Source: Amoebophrya sp. A120 (Eukaryota > Protista > Dinoflagellata). From it: a stretch of 64,000 nt of DNA. Shown here piece by piece: positions 12,758-26,242 of this stretch; within the stretch, counting starts at the first letter, position 1; every line of letters starts with the position of its first letter. The notes under the pieces are model-generated. The model made no database searches. It was not told the origin of the DNA and worked only from the letters and a program-made list of their open reading frames with translations. The stretch spans positions 7,160,743 to 7,224,742 of the forward strand of contig CAJINV010000002.1 in the NCBI GenBank assembly GCA_905178155.1, in the 5' to 3' direction. A program made the position numbers and the translations under genes.

Positions 12758-15700
12758 ATGTCGACTTCCTCGATGTCCGTCTTCTTCGACCCAGAGCACG
12801 CGTGCTTGTTCGCGGCGGCGTTTGACAATCTCCTGGAAGAATTGCAAGTCTCCCTATATGTCTTCCTGCAAAAAGCGAAGCAATTGCAGTCAGCAGCTGG
12901 TGGAGCAGGCGAAACCATCACCAAACACGAGCAGTGCCGAGCGGATTTCTTTCTTTGTTGCGACAAAATCCTTGACGCCGTGAACAAAAACTTCCTTGGT
13001 CCAATTGCAAGTTCTGACAATGCTTACTGCCGCACGCTGTTGTACGAAATCTTCGCGGACGAGCCGCACGCGGTCCGACTTAGCCGGTTGTACGGAATGC
13101 TGGAGGAATTTGTCACTGCCGACAAATTCTATTCACCTAGCGGGAACAATCACTACACAAGACGAACTGATGAAGGAATAGGAACATCTTCTTCAACGTC
13201 GGGTGTTGTATCATCAATCAACATCCCCTTGCCGGTCGAGAAGTTGAAACTCGCCTGTGATAAAATCGCGGTGGTGGTGAAAGCGCAGTACAAGGGGCAT
13301 TCCGCACGGAACAGCCGTCTGGCAAACCGCACGGGACGCGTTGTGGACACCCGGATCGAGGATTGGCCGGGGGCCAAGCTAGAAACGCCGTATGATTACT
13401 GGCAGGAAGAAGTTGTTGGCGGAGGTTCTTCATCTTCTACAGCTGGCACAACTTCCAGCCCATCTGACGAGAAGCGAACGAAAAGACAAAAAACCGCCAG
13501 TTTCGGCATGGCGCTGTTCCGCGGGGCTCTGTCCTCCGAGTTGCTCTTTGGAGATTACAGCGATAGTGCGGGGGGTAGCGCTGGGAGAAAGAGACGGAGA
13601 GGTAGTACCAGTGCAACTTCTAGTGCTGCAGCTGCTGGAGCATCATCAAGTTCTTTGGCCACAGCTCCTCCTGCAAATAGCAAGGCTTTCGCCACTGTCC
13701 CCAACATCACCGGCCTATGGTCGACGCAACTGCGAAATGCGACGGCAAAGATCGTGCAGGAAAGCGAAAAAAGCGTGCGAATGGAGCTCCGAGTAGAAGA
13801 AGAGGTGCTAGAAGAAGCGTCGCCAAGCGAAGGTAGTGAGGCACTAGATATAGAGGTGGTTTCTCTGTTTTCTACGAGCCCTCAAGCAGTCTTTCGATTT
13901 CTTGATCGATCCAGCAAATGCAAAGTTGTTCTATTATACGAAAGGTACTGTCACACCCTCAATTACAGGATCTCGCTCTCCGCAGCCAGCGCAAGATGAC
14001 GCGGAGGACGCCGACTCAGACGAAGAGCTTATCATCGACGGCACGGAGAGTGCTGAATTGACGGACGATGGTACCGGAGTCAAAACGGCCGCGCGTCAAA
14101 GTACGACGATGATGAACATCGACGGCGTCCACGCAGGCTCTCCGCCGAACGCCTCGTCAAAAACCAGCAGCTCGAGCTCGTCGCAGCAAAACAGCAAAAG
14201 AACGTCGTCGAGCAAAACCTCCAATCACGATCATCAGCAGGGGACGATCACCAACGGCTCGTCCAAAAACACAGCTGACGCGACGTCGTATCCATCCGAG
14301 GAACAGCACGCGGTCGGGCCGGAGTTCCTGCAACCGTACCTGTTCTATCCGACCGCCACGGAAGATTTTGAGCCCCCTGGTGGAGCAGCAGCAAGCCGAA
14401 AGGGCAAAGACCACACAAAGCGAATGGTGTTGCTTGGCACCGACGCAACCGCTGGCAGCAAATCCAGCACGAAATTCAAGGGAAAACAGCAAGCCCTGCA
14501 GTTCTTCGCGCAGCAGCGGCGAAAGAGAGAGGAGGCGCAACAGGAGGCACTCGCACGCACGGAAGGTGGCAAAGGATCTCTTTCAACGGGAACGGACGAA
14601 ATGACCCAAATAAAGAAAATCGCTGCAGCGGCAGGGCGCGGGAAGCGCACCCGAAGTGGGAGTGGAGGTTCGATCGTCCGGTCTATGGTGATTGGCGGCG
14701 GAGGTCGTGTAATTTCGCCGGGCGACGAACTGGCTTCTTCAGTAGCTGCAAACACTGCAGATGCAGAGCAGAAGAGGTGCGAGGATAACAAGGAGAACAC
14801 GCCTAACAAGGCTACCCCGACACAGGAGGCTCACCAAGATGATGATCATGTTGATGCTCATGATAGATCATGCCCGCCAAATCGCCCCGCCGACGACGAG
14901 AAGAACATCAAGGCGAAGGCCACTGAGCTACCACAGTCACGGCAGAGTCCCCTGGATCACCAGGAAGCCACCTTTCCGCCCGCCTCGCCACCGGTTCTTG
15001 AAGCAGATGAAGTCGAGCGGCGAGTTGGCGCTGCGATGGAAGTGCAGAGCCTTCGAGTAGACCACCAGAACGAAGCCGAAGTGGGCATCAACGCGAACGG
15101 CGCTGCAGATGAGCTACAGGATGAAGATGAAAGAGAAGACTACTCCGCCTCCATTTCCATCGTTTCCGAACTTGCCGAGCTGAAGAATTTGAAGATCGCG
15201 CAGGAAAAGCTTGCTCTTGAAGTCCAACGGATCCAAGCGCTCCGGAACAAGAAGCGCAACGGTTTGGAGGTTCTCGAGCCCGAAGGAGACGTCGGAGACA
15301 CGATGCGCCTACTACAGGGCGCAGGGAAGCAGGAACATAGACCCCTCTCAGCAGCAGAAGCGTCGAGGTCTAGCTCACAGGCAACTTCATCTGGCTACGA
15401 CGTCCAAGCAGTTCTTTCCGCGCCGAAGAAGCAGAGTGGAAGGAGCGCGATAGCCCCTGCGCAGGCGCAACTTCAAGCACATGCAGCGTCAAGGAGTGGA
15501 GCCTCATCGTTCTCTGCTGCCACAAGCTCTACTTCGAAAACTAGTACGTCTGCAGGAGCATCGCTAAAGCGCTACGAGCCCGTGTTGCCCGCAAGGTCCA
15601 CGGCAACCCACGGCCCGGTCGCGGAGACGCACTCCTATGGCTTTGCGACGTCGTTGCGAGGTGGTGGAACGAATACAACAGAGCTCGATTTGAGATCTTC

Positions 15701-18700
15701 AGGTGGGCCGGGGCCGCCCCGTAGTTCGTCGACGCTCGTGGTACCCTCGACGGAAAAACCGACGAGAACAACGCCAACGAGTTCGCTTTCTGGCAGTCGA
15801 GAAGCACAGCCTCCTGGGAAGATGAGCAAACAGGATGGAGGTCACAGACCGACCACCTCGAACAAACCGGTCCATCCGGTTCCTTGGAACAGCACGAAGC
15901 GTTTAAACGAGTCGGTGTCGTACCACCTTCGAGGTTTTGAAAAAACCCAATCAACGTCCCGCCAGAGGCTGGTCAGCGCATCAGCGAGAGCTGCAGCAGC
16001 AGCAGAAGCATCGACATCTGTAGTTGCCGCGCCTCACGCCGAGGACGTTGTAGGTGTTGATGAGGGGACCACTGCAAGAGCAAGTCGCGCGGTGAGGAGA
16101 CTTTCAGCAAATACGAAATCAGAGGCCGCGGGCTCTTCTAGTCCCTCGCAGCCAAACGAAGTTTTTCGCTTCATGCCTCTATCGAGCGGTGGAACCACTA
16201 CGCGCGCAATAAATTCTTCAACTTCGTCGCGGAGCAACATGCGGCCAGCTGTTCTGGGCGGCCCACCACCCCGAATGCCGAAGCCTGAAGAAGGCCGTGG
16301 TTACGCGTTGCAGAAGTTGCACTTTTACCCAGAGAGAAGAGTTACTTCAGCTGCCATTGGACCACGGGTGGGAATCGGACTTGGTGCAGCGACTGCTACG
16401 TCTGGCAGAATCCCGAGGGTGAAAAATGCCCGGAGAGGCAGCGCGACATGTAGCACGACAGGAGAAATCGAAATGAACCATTTGAAGGAAGTGGGCACAC
16501 TCATCGACGAGCTCGACATTCAGACGTTCCGAAAAGACTCCCCGCTCCTCGCCGCAGTCGCAGAGGACTTGAGGCTGAGTAAGCCATCCGCTTCCTCGCA
16601 ACAACATGCTGATGAACATGAAGCGGACACGGGGGCAGGAAGAGAAACCGCTACAACTGGCACAGAATTAGCGTCACAGGCGATCATGCTACCTCCCCAG
16701 CTGAACGCCGCAGTGCCTAGCAACAGCACTAGCAGTAGAGAAGATGTTCTTGTCGCTCCGATGAGCAAACAGGTCCGGTTTGGACAGAACACCACCGAGG
16801 TCCGGTTTTTCGAGAAGCGACCGGTGAAGAGTTCTCCCATGTCTTCCTCCTCGGGAACGGAACGGATTCGGTCAAGTTTGTCTTCCTCGCAGGAGGAAGA
16901 TTCTTCGAGTAGCGCGCGTTCATCTTCTTCGTCACCGAAGAACAACTACTCGCGCAGGGGCGCGAGCACGTCTTTGGCTTCCTCTTGGGTCTCCAACTTC
17001 GTCAGGAAAACCACAGCCCCATCCAGCAGCAGCTCTCTCCCGCCGACGTGGAGGTCGACTGATTCTCGTATAATTCGAAGCAACAGTGGGACGACTGGTG
17101 ATGTGACGACGACCCAAAAGAACGGTCTTCCTCAGCCACGTCTTTTCTTCGAAGGCCGGCACGAGATGCCGTTGTTCCCAAGCTCCTGGGTCAAGCAGAT
17201 GAGTACTTCCAAAGCTACTTCGGGAGCCGCGGATCAAGGCCAGATGAAAGCTCGTCCGCAATCCGCGGTCTCCAACCGGTCCTTGTTTGGCAAAGCCCGC
17301 GCCGTGGTGCCGCAGTTCACGCGGGGGAATACCAGGAGTTTGGAAGAGGAGTGCGCCGAGTTGCAGCAGAAGTTTCTGCAGAGACCGGTGAGCGCGTGCT
17401 CGACAGCGAGTTCGGCCTCGAGGAACAAGATTGCCCCGGCGCGGTGCAGCTCTGCGGAGAGGTACGTTGTTGGAGGCGGAACTACGAGCAACAACGAAGA
17501 CAGAAGCTCCTCAAACTATCCGATGACCATGCAGGATCGGCGGAGGAGTCGCAATGTCTTCTCCACGAGAAATAGACGGCCGAGCGCTGTCCTCGCAGCT
17601 GCCGGGAGGCCGAAAGCCTTTTCCCTCGACGAAAGCGAGCTTTCATGTGCAGCGGGAGGTGGCGCTGCTGAGCCGAGCAGCGTGCCGATGTCTGGCGGAG
17701 TGCGCCGAAGAGCGTCGCGAACAAGGGAGGCAGGAGGACCCCAACAAGGAGCAGTCGAAGATGCTGTTCGTCAACAGCGGAAGAACAAAAAAGCCGTCGC
17801 TCCAGAACATGCATCGCTGTACTACGAAGACAACAGCGACCAGGACCAGGAGGAAGATCCGGACACGTCTGTAAACAGCTTTGGCGAAAAGATCTTCGAG
17901 GTGGACTCAATAAATCGCGAGCCTCGGAAAGCCTTAGCCGTGGAAAGATGTCCAGACTCGCCTCCGAAACCAGACCTGGCGAGGATGCAGGCGCAGCTGC
18001 GTCGGTTGAAAATGAAGAAAGGCTTGAGCGAGAGTGGGGGAAAAAGTGGACTTGGGTCAAGCAGCGACGAAGACGAAGACCAGGGCGGGGCTCCGTTTAT
18101 CGAAAAAGTTCCAAACTTGTTCCAACAACGAGGAGGAGGATTTGACTATCAGCAGCCATACGGATCATCTTCGAGTTCCTGTGCGGAACTACGGGGACAA
18201 AGCGATAGTGAGCCCTGGTCATCGCCGGAAATACGTGGAGGCGGCCTGAAGGTAAAAAAATCCTCCTCTTCTTCACGCAGAGATCATTCAGGACGTGCGG
18301 GGGCCGACGGGAGTACTAGCAGAAGACATGACATCGCACCACCACCACGACCAAACCGAATAAAGATAAACACGAAAGCGCAGGAGCAAGGAGCGGCCCG
18401 CAGCAGGTTGATTTTCGAAGGGATGCACAGCAGCGAGATCCCCGCGCGAATTCTCCCAGGAGCGGGAGGGGGAGTCGGCGAAAATAGCGGTGACGAGACA
18501 CCCCCTTCGCCGACAGCTGACATTTTCTCCCCAACTAGACTACCGCAGTCGGCGGGGCAGGAACCCAGCCACGCCGACGGCGACCCAGTTCCGCGCCGTC
18601 GCTCGCGTACGTCCAGAAGGTCGGTGAACAGGGCGCGCACTGGAGGCGGTTCTTCTTCTGCCATAGACACGGCCTCAGTGATCTCCAAAACCGAAGAGGA

Positions 18701-20258
18701 AACCTTCTTCGGGCTAGAGGCGGAGTTGGAAAAAGTCGCGGTCAGAACACTGAACGACACATCAACACAGTCTCTAGTTGTAGACGAAAACCGAAGGATG
18801 AGTCTCTCAACGTTCACAAATAAACCCGGACTAGTGCAGCAACCGGCGTCCTCGCCATTAGGTGAGATGATGAGACCGGGCGGGAGTAGTAGAAGGAGCA
18901 GTAAGCGATCTTCCAGAATGGTGAAGAAGCCGAAAACCGTGATCAGAAAAGCGTATTTGCGCGGGTACTTCGAGACAGCAGGAAGTACCAGCACGGGTGG
19001 AGCACGAACATCCGCTTATATCACTGGCAGCGACGACAAGAACAATAATTTCAATTCGTCTCTGACTGTGACTCACACGCAGCACTACACCATTCGCGGT
19101 TTGCCGCTGCATTGTCGGGTGAATGTGAGCAAAAATAAGCCGACGATTGAGTTTTTCTACAGCAAAGACCACCGGATGGAGGAAGAACTGGCAGCGTCGC
19201 AGAAAGCGAAATGGAGTAGCTTTTGTTGGCACTTTTTGAAACCGATGGACGTTGCGGCCGCGGCTGCAGGCCTGACCAGCCCGGCAGGGCGAGCAGGAAC
19301 AAAGGATGTTGACGAAATGTTGAATGAGAAACAGACGCAAGCCGAAATCATTGAGAGACTGTTTCCACTTTCAGGAGTAGCAGCCAAGGAGGAACAAAGT
19401 AAACCCAGCAGCTCGTCTGCAAGCCCGTCCTCCTGGTCAGCGCCACCGAAGAAGCAAAGCACCTTCAACGACTTCCGGCATGTGCTGGACCACTGTTTTT
19501 CCGTGAAGGAGTTGCGGACTAGGATCATGCGCACCAACCCGCGGTCGCGACTCGGCAAATACCTGCTGACACTCGTCCACCGCATTTTTCTCAACGACAA
19601 AACGCTGCAGAGCGTCAGCTTTTCCGGCCTGACGTCTCTTCCATCCAGCTTCGTGGAGAAACGCTTCTTTCCGAAGTTGTTCAAGGCCCTCGGCGGAGAT
19701 GTTTGCGGGAAGAAATTCTATACCAAGCAGCAGTATCTTCAGCTGAACACGAACTTGAGGCACCTAGATTTACACGGCTGCGGGCTGTTCCGGGAAGAAA
19801 TCACCGGCATGGACCCCTTTCTCGTGCTAGAATTGCTGACAAACGTGGTAGCGCGCAACAGCTCGCTGAAGTACCTGGATCTGTCCGAAAACGACTTGGT
19901 GATCCCCTCGTCCGCCCATAACATGCAAGGTCGAGCGACCGAACTTCTGGCGAACTTCGCAGCGGCCGTTGGGAAGAACTACGGGCTGCAGGTGCTGTCG
20001 ATGTTTGCCGTGGTCGTGGTGAACAGCGCGAGTGGCGGTGTCGGCGAGCAGCAACAGCACAAGAACGACCACATCAGTCGTGCTGCTGGTGTCCAAACCT
20101 CATTTGCCGGGAGTTTGGCGGACAATCTGGCAAAGTACAATAACACCTTACTGAAATTGCACTGCAGTTTCCCGAGCCCGCGGTTGAAACAAAAAGTCGA
20201 CGAATGCCTCGTGCGGAACCACCAGATGCGGGCCTTGCGGTATGGCTGGAAACTGTAA
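12758..20258 (+). CDS. Large low-complexity protein with C-terminal tropomodulin-like LRR domain (about 2,450 aa if ORFs 12758..13999 and 13902..20258 are joined)
   Basis: A GT-AG intron 13833..13968 (136 nt) joins the two overlapping ORFs in phase. The C-terminus NDKTLQSVSFS...NTNLRHLDL...NSSLKYLDLSEN...NNTLLKL...RLKQKVDECLVRNHQMR resembles the tropomodulin LRR and cap helix. The join is inferred. Confidence 0.6.
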
Positions 20259-21530
20259 AGGAGTTCTACGTGGTCGTGTTCTTGGCGGATTGTTTTCTGA
20301 AACAAATACGCATACCTACTTACCACTGCGTACTGACAGCGTCTGAGCAGTGGTAGTGCGTGCTCTTAGGTGCAGCTCCGTTACCGGCAGCAGAGTCAGA
20401 CTCCTCGGAGCATGCAAATTTGGAACGGTCGGAGGTCGCTGGGGAACGTGCTGAGAAGAAGAAGAAGAAATATCTTCATCGTGGTATTGTCGCGCTTGTC
20501 ATGTTGCACAAGGCATTTCTACTTGCAGCTGCACCTTTGTCTTTGTGCCTCAACAGACATAGATCAAATCACACGCAGATGGTGCTGCGCTACTCACCAA
20601 GTGGAAACTTCTTGAAAATTCTTCGCACAAGAAGCGACGGAATTTGAAGACAGTGGAAAAATCTTTCATTTCAATACGTGCGCCATTAGCTTAGCTTGTT
20701 CAAACAGGCACATGCTGAGCAAGTTCGTACAGTCCATGATTATGGCCGCACTATGGTGAGCTTTAACGTGACGAGAAGGCCACAATGACGCCCCGTCGGC
20801 AAGGCGATCACTCTGATACAAGCAGATCGTCATCAACACGGGAAGCGGAACTACCAAGTGAAAGAAATTACATACTCCATACAACGCATATTGAAGATCA
20901 TGACCCAGCTCCAGGTGTAGGTGATGTCCTAGGAAATAAAGCAAATGGCACTTCTAGTAGGATGTGCTGCAAGTCGCTCGATTGTGATTCTGAGCGAAGG
21001 TTCTTTGAGATCAGAAACTATGGCGTGCAGATGATCCACATTGCCGGTCCTCTTAGCTAAGGGTAAAGGCAGAGAAGTGCGCGCAAATTAGATCTTTGCC
21101 GGTTGAAAAAGCGGATCCACCGGTCTCGATATGTTCTGGTCGATCCGGAACCGGATCCAAAATGTCAATCAGGGATCCATGTGTCAGTTCGGGATGCAAG
21201 CCGCGACGAAAAAAATTATTACGAATCGAAGTTACTTAACGTTAACTTTGACTTTCGCGATTACTTCACGACCTTTCCCGGTAGTATATTCTCGACAGGC
21301 TTAGTAGTCTCTCCGTAGCTCGCAGGAGTAAGCCAGAAGATTTTAAGGACTCGCCACAAGCGAATACTATTGCTCTGCTTCTCCTACTTACTTTTGCATC
21401 AGGAGTAGAAATTTGATTTTCATTTATTCCAAGCGACGACACGAACTATCAATATCGTGCCGACGTCACCTCTGACTACACCATCTCCTTGCTATCATCT
21501 AGTAAACCTAAATCGCTGCGAAAAGAAAAA

Positions 21531-23895
21531 ATGCCGTCCCAACCCCCCTCGATGATGCCGGGCGAGGTCGAAGACATCCCGAAACTGGAAAAGGACCACC
21601 CGTATCAAATGTAAAAATGTCTGGGTCTGGAAACTTGTGATGCAAGAAAGGGAATAGTGAACTCACTATGATGCGCTGCCAAGCATGACAAGTTTTTTTC
21701 ATGGTTCTGAGTTGCGTATTCCGCATGACAAACTGCGTTTTTTGCATGACAGGGAGGAGGAGTTCTTCGCGGCCATGCAACGCAGAATTCAGAATCATGC
21801 CAGACTAGTATGACAAATCTTCTCGCAATCTCCCAGACCCAGACATTTTTACATTTGATAACCCGTCGGTCCAGAAATTGCTGGAATTCGACGCCAACTA
21901 CATGAAACTGGAGAAGGAGTTTATGAAGGAAAGTTACAAGTTGACCCAGAAGTACCAAAAGATGCAAGACGAGTTTTTGCAGAAACGATCCGAGGTGGTC
22001 GCGGAGAAGGAGGAGGTCCCGAATTTTTGGATTCACGTGCTGAAATCCCACCCCGTGCTGGCCGACGAGATTATGCCCCACGATTTGCCGGTGTTGAAGC
22101 ATTTGAAGAACGTCCGAAGCGAAAACTTGCCGGACCCAGAGGAAATGGGACAGAATGGTATAGAAGTTTTTTTGTAAAAATGCTTGCAAGAACTTTTGTA
22201 CTAGGGCGCTGGTCTTGCATTTCTTCATCCATGTCAGCTGCAAATTAGGCGGGGTGCGTACTACGTCAATAAGTGGCACAGCAATCACACAGTACAGACA
22301 GTCCCCGAGGAAATGAAGTATGATGATCAACATGAAGATGAAGTTGTCTGTTGTGATTGTGTACCTCTTGTTGTCAGTAACGAACAAGACATTTACTCTT
22401 ACACACTTCCCGAATAGGTTTCCAGATCACCTTCGAGTTCGAAGAGAACGATTTCATGGAGCAGACCGAGTTGACAAAAATCGTCGAAACCGAATTTGTG
22501 TCCGAGCACTTGACCGAAATCACCTGCAAAGAGGTGAAGATGGTGGAGGACATTAAGTGGAAGGTCGGAAAGGACGTTACGATCGAAATGAAAAAGCAGA
22601 GAGCGAACAAGAAAAACGCCTCAAAAAAGCCGGTATTGAAGAAGGAACCGCGAAAATCCTTTTTCCGAACCTTCTTCCGAACCATTGACGTTGAGAATCC
22701 GGAGGAAATTCAAGATTTGCTCAACAACGCGATGCAGGAAATGGGGTATTCATTTTTTCAGCTGCTTCGCGTGCAGCTTGCTTGTTAAGTGTGTTTTTTT
22801 TTTGTTTGCCAACACCGCCCAGACAGCGCAGTGATGTGGCCCGGCGATGCAAGTAATTCGAAGAAAGTACTATGCGTTTGCCATTTGCATTTTGATGTAC
22901 TAACTTAGTTGCCGTTGTGCATTTTTCTTTTTCATGTTTTAGTGTGTTTCAGTACATGAATTTTTTTTCCAAACAAAATGACTTGAATAACGATGGTATG
23001 GACGTCAATTGGTTTGCCTTTTGCAGCATTCACGCATAGATGCAAAAAAGTAAATGAAAAGGGTGGGTTTTATGCACTTTTCTGCGAATTCTCGGTCGCG
23101 ATATTTGTTATGATGCAAAGAAAATAAATTTAAGTGTCTCCTTTATCTAATCTCTGAGTGGATCTTGCATCACTCAAAAACAACGAGCAGAACACCATGC
23201 AGAGTAACATTAGTCTGCACGTTGTCGTGTGCGATGAGCACGACAGTTGATCATAACCTGCAGCATCACGGTATTCCAGATGTTGAGAGGAATGACGCAA
23301 GGCGAATCGGAATTCCAAATCACACAAATTAAACAGCATGGACCACGAGGAGGAGTTGGATGAAGAGGATCAGCAGGAGATGTTCGAAGAAGCGCTGGAG
23401 AAAGTTCAAGACGACGCCTACGAAATTGCCTGCACTCTGCACAACAACATCATTCCGCACGCGGTGAAATTTTACACCGGCGACGCAATGCCGCAGGACG
23501 ATGACGAGGGCGAAGAGGACGACGAGGATGAGGTAGTTTTTGTCTTGTGCTGATGTAACGCTCTTTTTTCTACGTTCATTCTATTTTTTGCGGGAGATCA
23601 TGATGAAACTGGTTTGCTGGAGCTAGTGGTGGCTTTCCCGATCATGCCGAACTAAGACCATCCCTGCGAATAACACATGCTTCTTTACATCAATGAAAAA
23701 AATTCAAACTTTCGATAGGATGACGAGGACGAGGATGACGACGAAGAATCGATCGAGGGCTCGTCCGACGGGGAGGATGGTGAGAAGAAGGAGAAGATGC
23801 CGCCAAAGGAACTCTTCAAACCGTCTGAGGGGAACACGCTCGGTGAGGGCGGCGGCGACAAGAAAGTCAACTCGGAGGAGTGCAAGCAGCAGTGA
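21531..23895 (+). CDS. NAP1: Nucleosome assembly protein (NAP1 family), 354 aa, 5 exons
   Basis: Motifs VPNFWIHVLKSHPVLADEI, DLPVLKHL, GFQITFEFEENDF, IKWKVGKDVT, SFFRTFF, NNIIPHAVKFYTGDA, acidic tail and C-terminal ECKQQ*. Introns: TIR element at 21603 plus GT-AG introns 22158-22417, 22746-23336 and 23533-23718; spliced length 1065 nt is a multiple of 3. Confidence 0.93.
21603..21860. mobile_element. TIR introner, family B (258 bp)
   Basis: Perfect 28-bp TIR TATCAAATGTAAAAATGTCTGGGTCTGG; perfect direct repeat ACCCG; removal gives KDHP|SVQKLLEF. Confidence 0.95.
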
Positions 23896-24574
23896 GGAAT
23901 CAATTTTGATTCGAGGTTTGATTTACCACCACGGGGCGGAGATGTTGTAATCTTGCTTGCTACAACGCCGGAATAAAAATGAATCTCATCAATAGCTAAC
24001 GATGAAACGATAAAGAGCCCAGGAACAAGGTCCTACGTCTGGCGAATTGTATTTGTTGAAGGTGAACGCAAGAAATTCACAGGGAATAGTACTAACTTGC
24101 AACTGCGACTTGGATGTTGAATGTTTCTTTCACGACGAAGTATCGCGCTTATCAACCCTTCTTTACGCAACAAAAGGGCGACATGGTAGTACGAACGACA
24201 GAAGATAGCAGCAGTGCCTGTTTTTCAGCAAATCTAACGAACAGCTTCAGCTACTTGCACAAATTCACCAGCAAGAGGAGTGACTAAGACGCTAAGAAAG
24301 TGACGAACGAAAGCGAACCATGCATCAGTACGATTTTCTCGCACTTAGAGAGACGAGCTTCCGGCGCTGTCTTTGCGGTGTGGTCGCTTCTTGAGCGATT
24401 TTTCTACGTCTTGTTTGACGCTGTGTTCCTGAATTCAACACGACCGCGCTTCATAATCGTACGACGGTGCGCTCAGCTCTCTGGCACGCCAAATGAAAAC
24501 GGCGAAGTTGTCTTCACTCAGACCACAAGTGATCTTCTCGCATAATTAGGAAGACAGTCTGTGTTTTTGGAGTT

Positions 24575-25116
24575 AATAAAAATAAAATTTTGAAATTTCG
24601 CGGATTGGTGAGAGCGAATTTGTAGAAAAATGCTAATTTGAAGCTTGAAGAAGGTTCCTTTGTGGCCGTAGACGGATGGGAGGAAGGCTCTGTGTCATTT
24701 TGAGTGAAGATTAACGACATATGATGGTTGTAATGCGATTTCCTGAAGTCAAAGTGCGCTGATAAAAATAAAATTTTGAAAATTCGCGGAATTTCGAAGT
24801 CGATAAAAATGAAATTTTAAAATTTCGCGAAGTATCCGAGCGCAAAATGGTCAAGATCTGCATTGGTAGAGTTGTGCTTTGCCGGCCGGCACCATACTTG
24901 ATCTTCATCCTGAGTTCAGATCTTGTTTCGAGCCCCAATAAAAATAAAATTTTGAAGTTTCGCGGATTTTGGGCAAACTAACTAAGTATGCAGTGAGTTG
25001 CTGCATGTCTCGCCTCAGTCTGAGCGTTGTCATATATGATGGATGCTAAGTTTGGTGTTGTCTTTTCGCATTCGGCGACCAACCTCAATAAAAATAAAAT
25101 TTTGAAAATTCGCGGA
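24575..25116 (+). repeat. Five dispersed direct copies of an approximately 30-bp AT-rich motif ATAAAAATAAAATTTTGAAA(A/T)TTCGCGGA
   Basis: Copies near 24575, 24761, 24801, 24937 and 25087, separated by unrelated spacers of about 10-155 nt. Confidence 0.85.
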
Positions 25117-25219
25117 TGAATTCTCCTAATGAAGGATCAAATCTAGTCGTTTATCACCTACAGACGACCCCTGAACGTCGTCCTCGCTTTGATTTATTGT
25201 GCCTGAGGGCTAGCGAGTC

Positions 25220-26242
25220 ATGGTATCTGGTGTTCGTGGTGGCGCAACTCGCGTGTCTGCCGTCAGTGTGGCGCATGCACAGCCCCCCCTCGCCCACACC
25301 GCGGACGCCGTTGGGCGACCGATTTCAGGGGGGTTCTACAACTCGCAGACCAGTTTACTGCAAGGAGTACATCAGCCACCGGCGCCGTTCAAGAACAGCA
25401 GCGGTTGGAGAACAGCACGAGTTGACCACCATGAACAGTTTGCTCCCAACGGTCATACCATGACTACCCACGCCCAAGACGCTCTGCCTCCGCCACGCAC
25501 CAGGATCGTACAGGCCTCCACGACCCGATGTGAGCAGCGAGCGCGGAAACGAGACCTCGTGCTTGATCAACTCAGACAACAGGCGGCGGAGCTGCGCCGG
25601 CGGGACCGCTTGCTGTGGACGTTGTTAGAGGAAAGGTTAGCGGCATCCCAGCGGATACAGACCTTGCTCCTGGACAAAAAGAACTTCTACGTTGGAGGCG
25701 TCGGGACTACTACCGCACGAAGACGTCGAAAGGCCGACAAACGCGGCACGTCTTTCGCTGAAGACGAGGACGACATCAATTGCGGTTCCAGCTACATGAT
25801 GGATGATTACGACGATGACCAAGTGGTGTTTGAAGATGGGGCGTCATCTCGTCCCTGGGACCACGACCAGCAAGCGCTTCGTGCGGGCGAAGATCATTTG
25901 CATCTCAATCATAGGCACCGCGCCGGCGCAATGAGAACTAGACCCCATGATGATCCCGCGCCAATTGATACTGCCACGCAAATAAGAACCCGAACCGCCG
26001 CTGGTACTACGTCCTTCCTTCCTTATCTGAGGAACTTGATTCAAAGCGCTGGCTCTACGGACGTCGCCACCTTCGAGGCGCTGTTCGACGCAATATTAGA
26101 CGAAGGTGTAGTGGAGGTTGATAGAGAAGAACCCCAGGAGGCCGATCAACGTTCTTACCTTAATATAGGCGAAAACGATTTGAAAAGTAGCACTTCTTGC
26201 TTGTCCTCTGCCATCTTTGACTTTGACGAAGCTTTCCTATGA
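25220..26242 (+). CDS. Hypothetical protein (up to 340 aa) with a short coiled coil; true start uncertain
   Basis: ORF with coding-like composition from about 25430 onward (RKRDLVLDQLRQQAAELRRRDRLL). Confidence 0.5.
   Translation: MVSGVRGGATRVSAVSVAHAQPPLAHTADAVGRPISGGFYNSQTSLLQGVHQPPAPFKNSSGWRTARVDHHEQFAPNGHTMTTHAQDALPPPRTRIVQASTTRCEQRARKRDLVLDQLRQQAAELRRRDRLLWTLLEERLAASQRIQTLLLDKKNFYVGGVGTTTARRRRKADKRGTSFAEDEDDINCGSSYMMDDYDDDQVVFEDGASSRPWDHDQQALRAGEDHLHLNHRHRAGAMRTRPHDDPAPIDTATQIRTRTAAGTTSFLPYLRNLIQSAGSTDVATFEALFDAILDEGVVEVDREEPQEADQRSYLNIGENDLKSSTSCLSSAIFDFDEAFL

Noticed and set aside
21113-21180. Cluster of GGATCC/CCGG palindromes upstream of NAP1
   Set aside because: Short and without supporting structure; could be chance.
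22158-22417. NAP1 intron 2 as a TAT...ATA introner
   Set aside because: Ends look similar, but there is no extended TIR or duplication, and the GT-AG register keeps the conserved GF dipeptide whereas element+5 would remove it.
24575-25116. CRISPR array
   Set aside because: Spacers are very irregular (about 10-155 nt), there are no cas genes and the context is eukaryotic.
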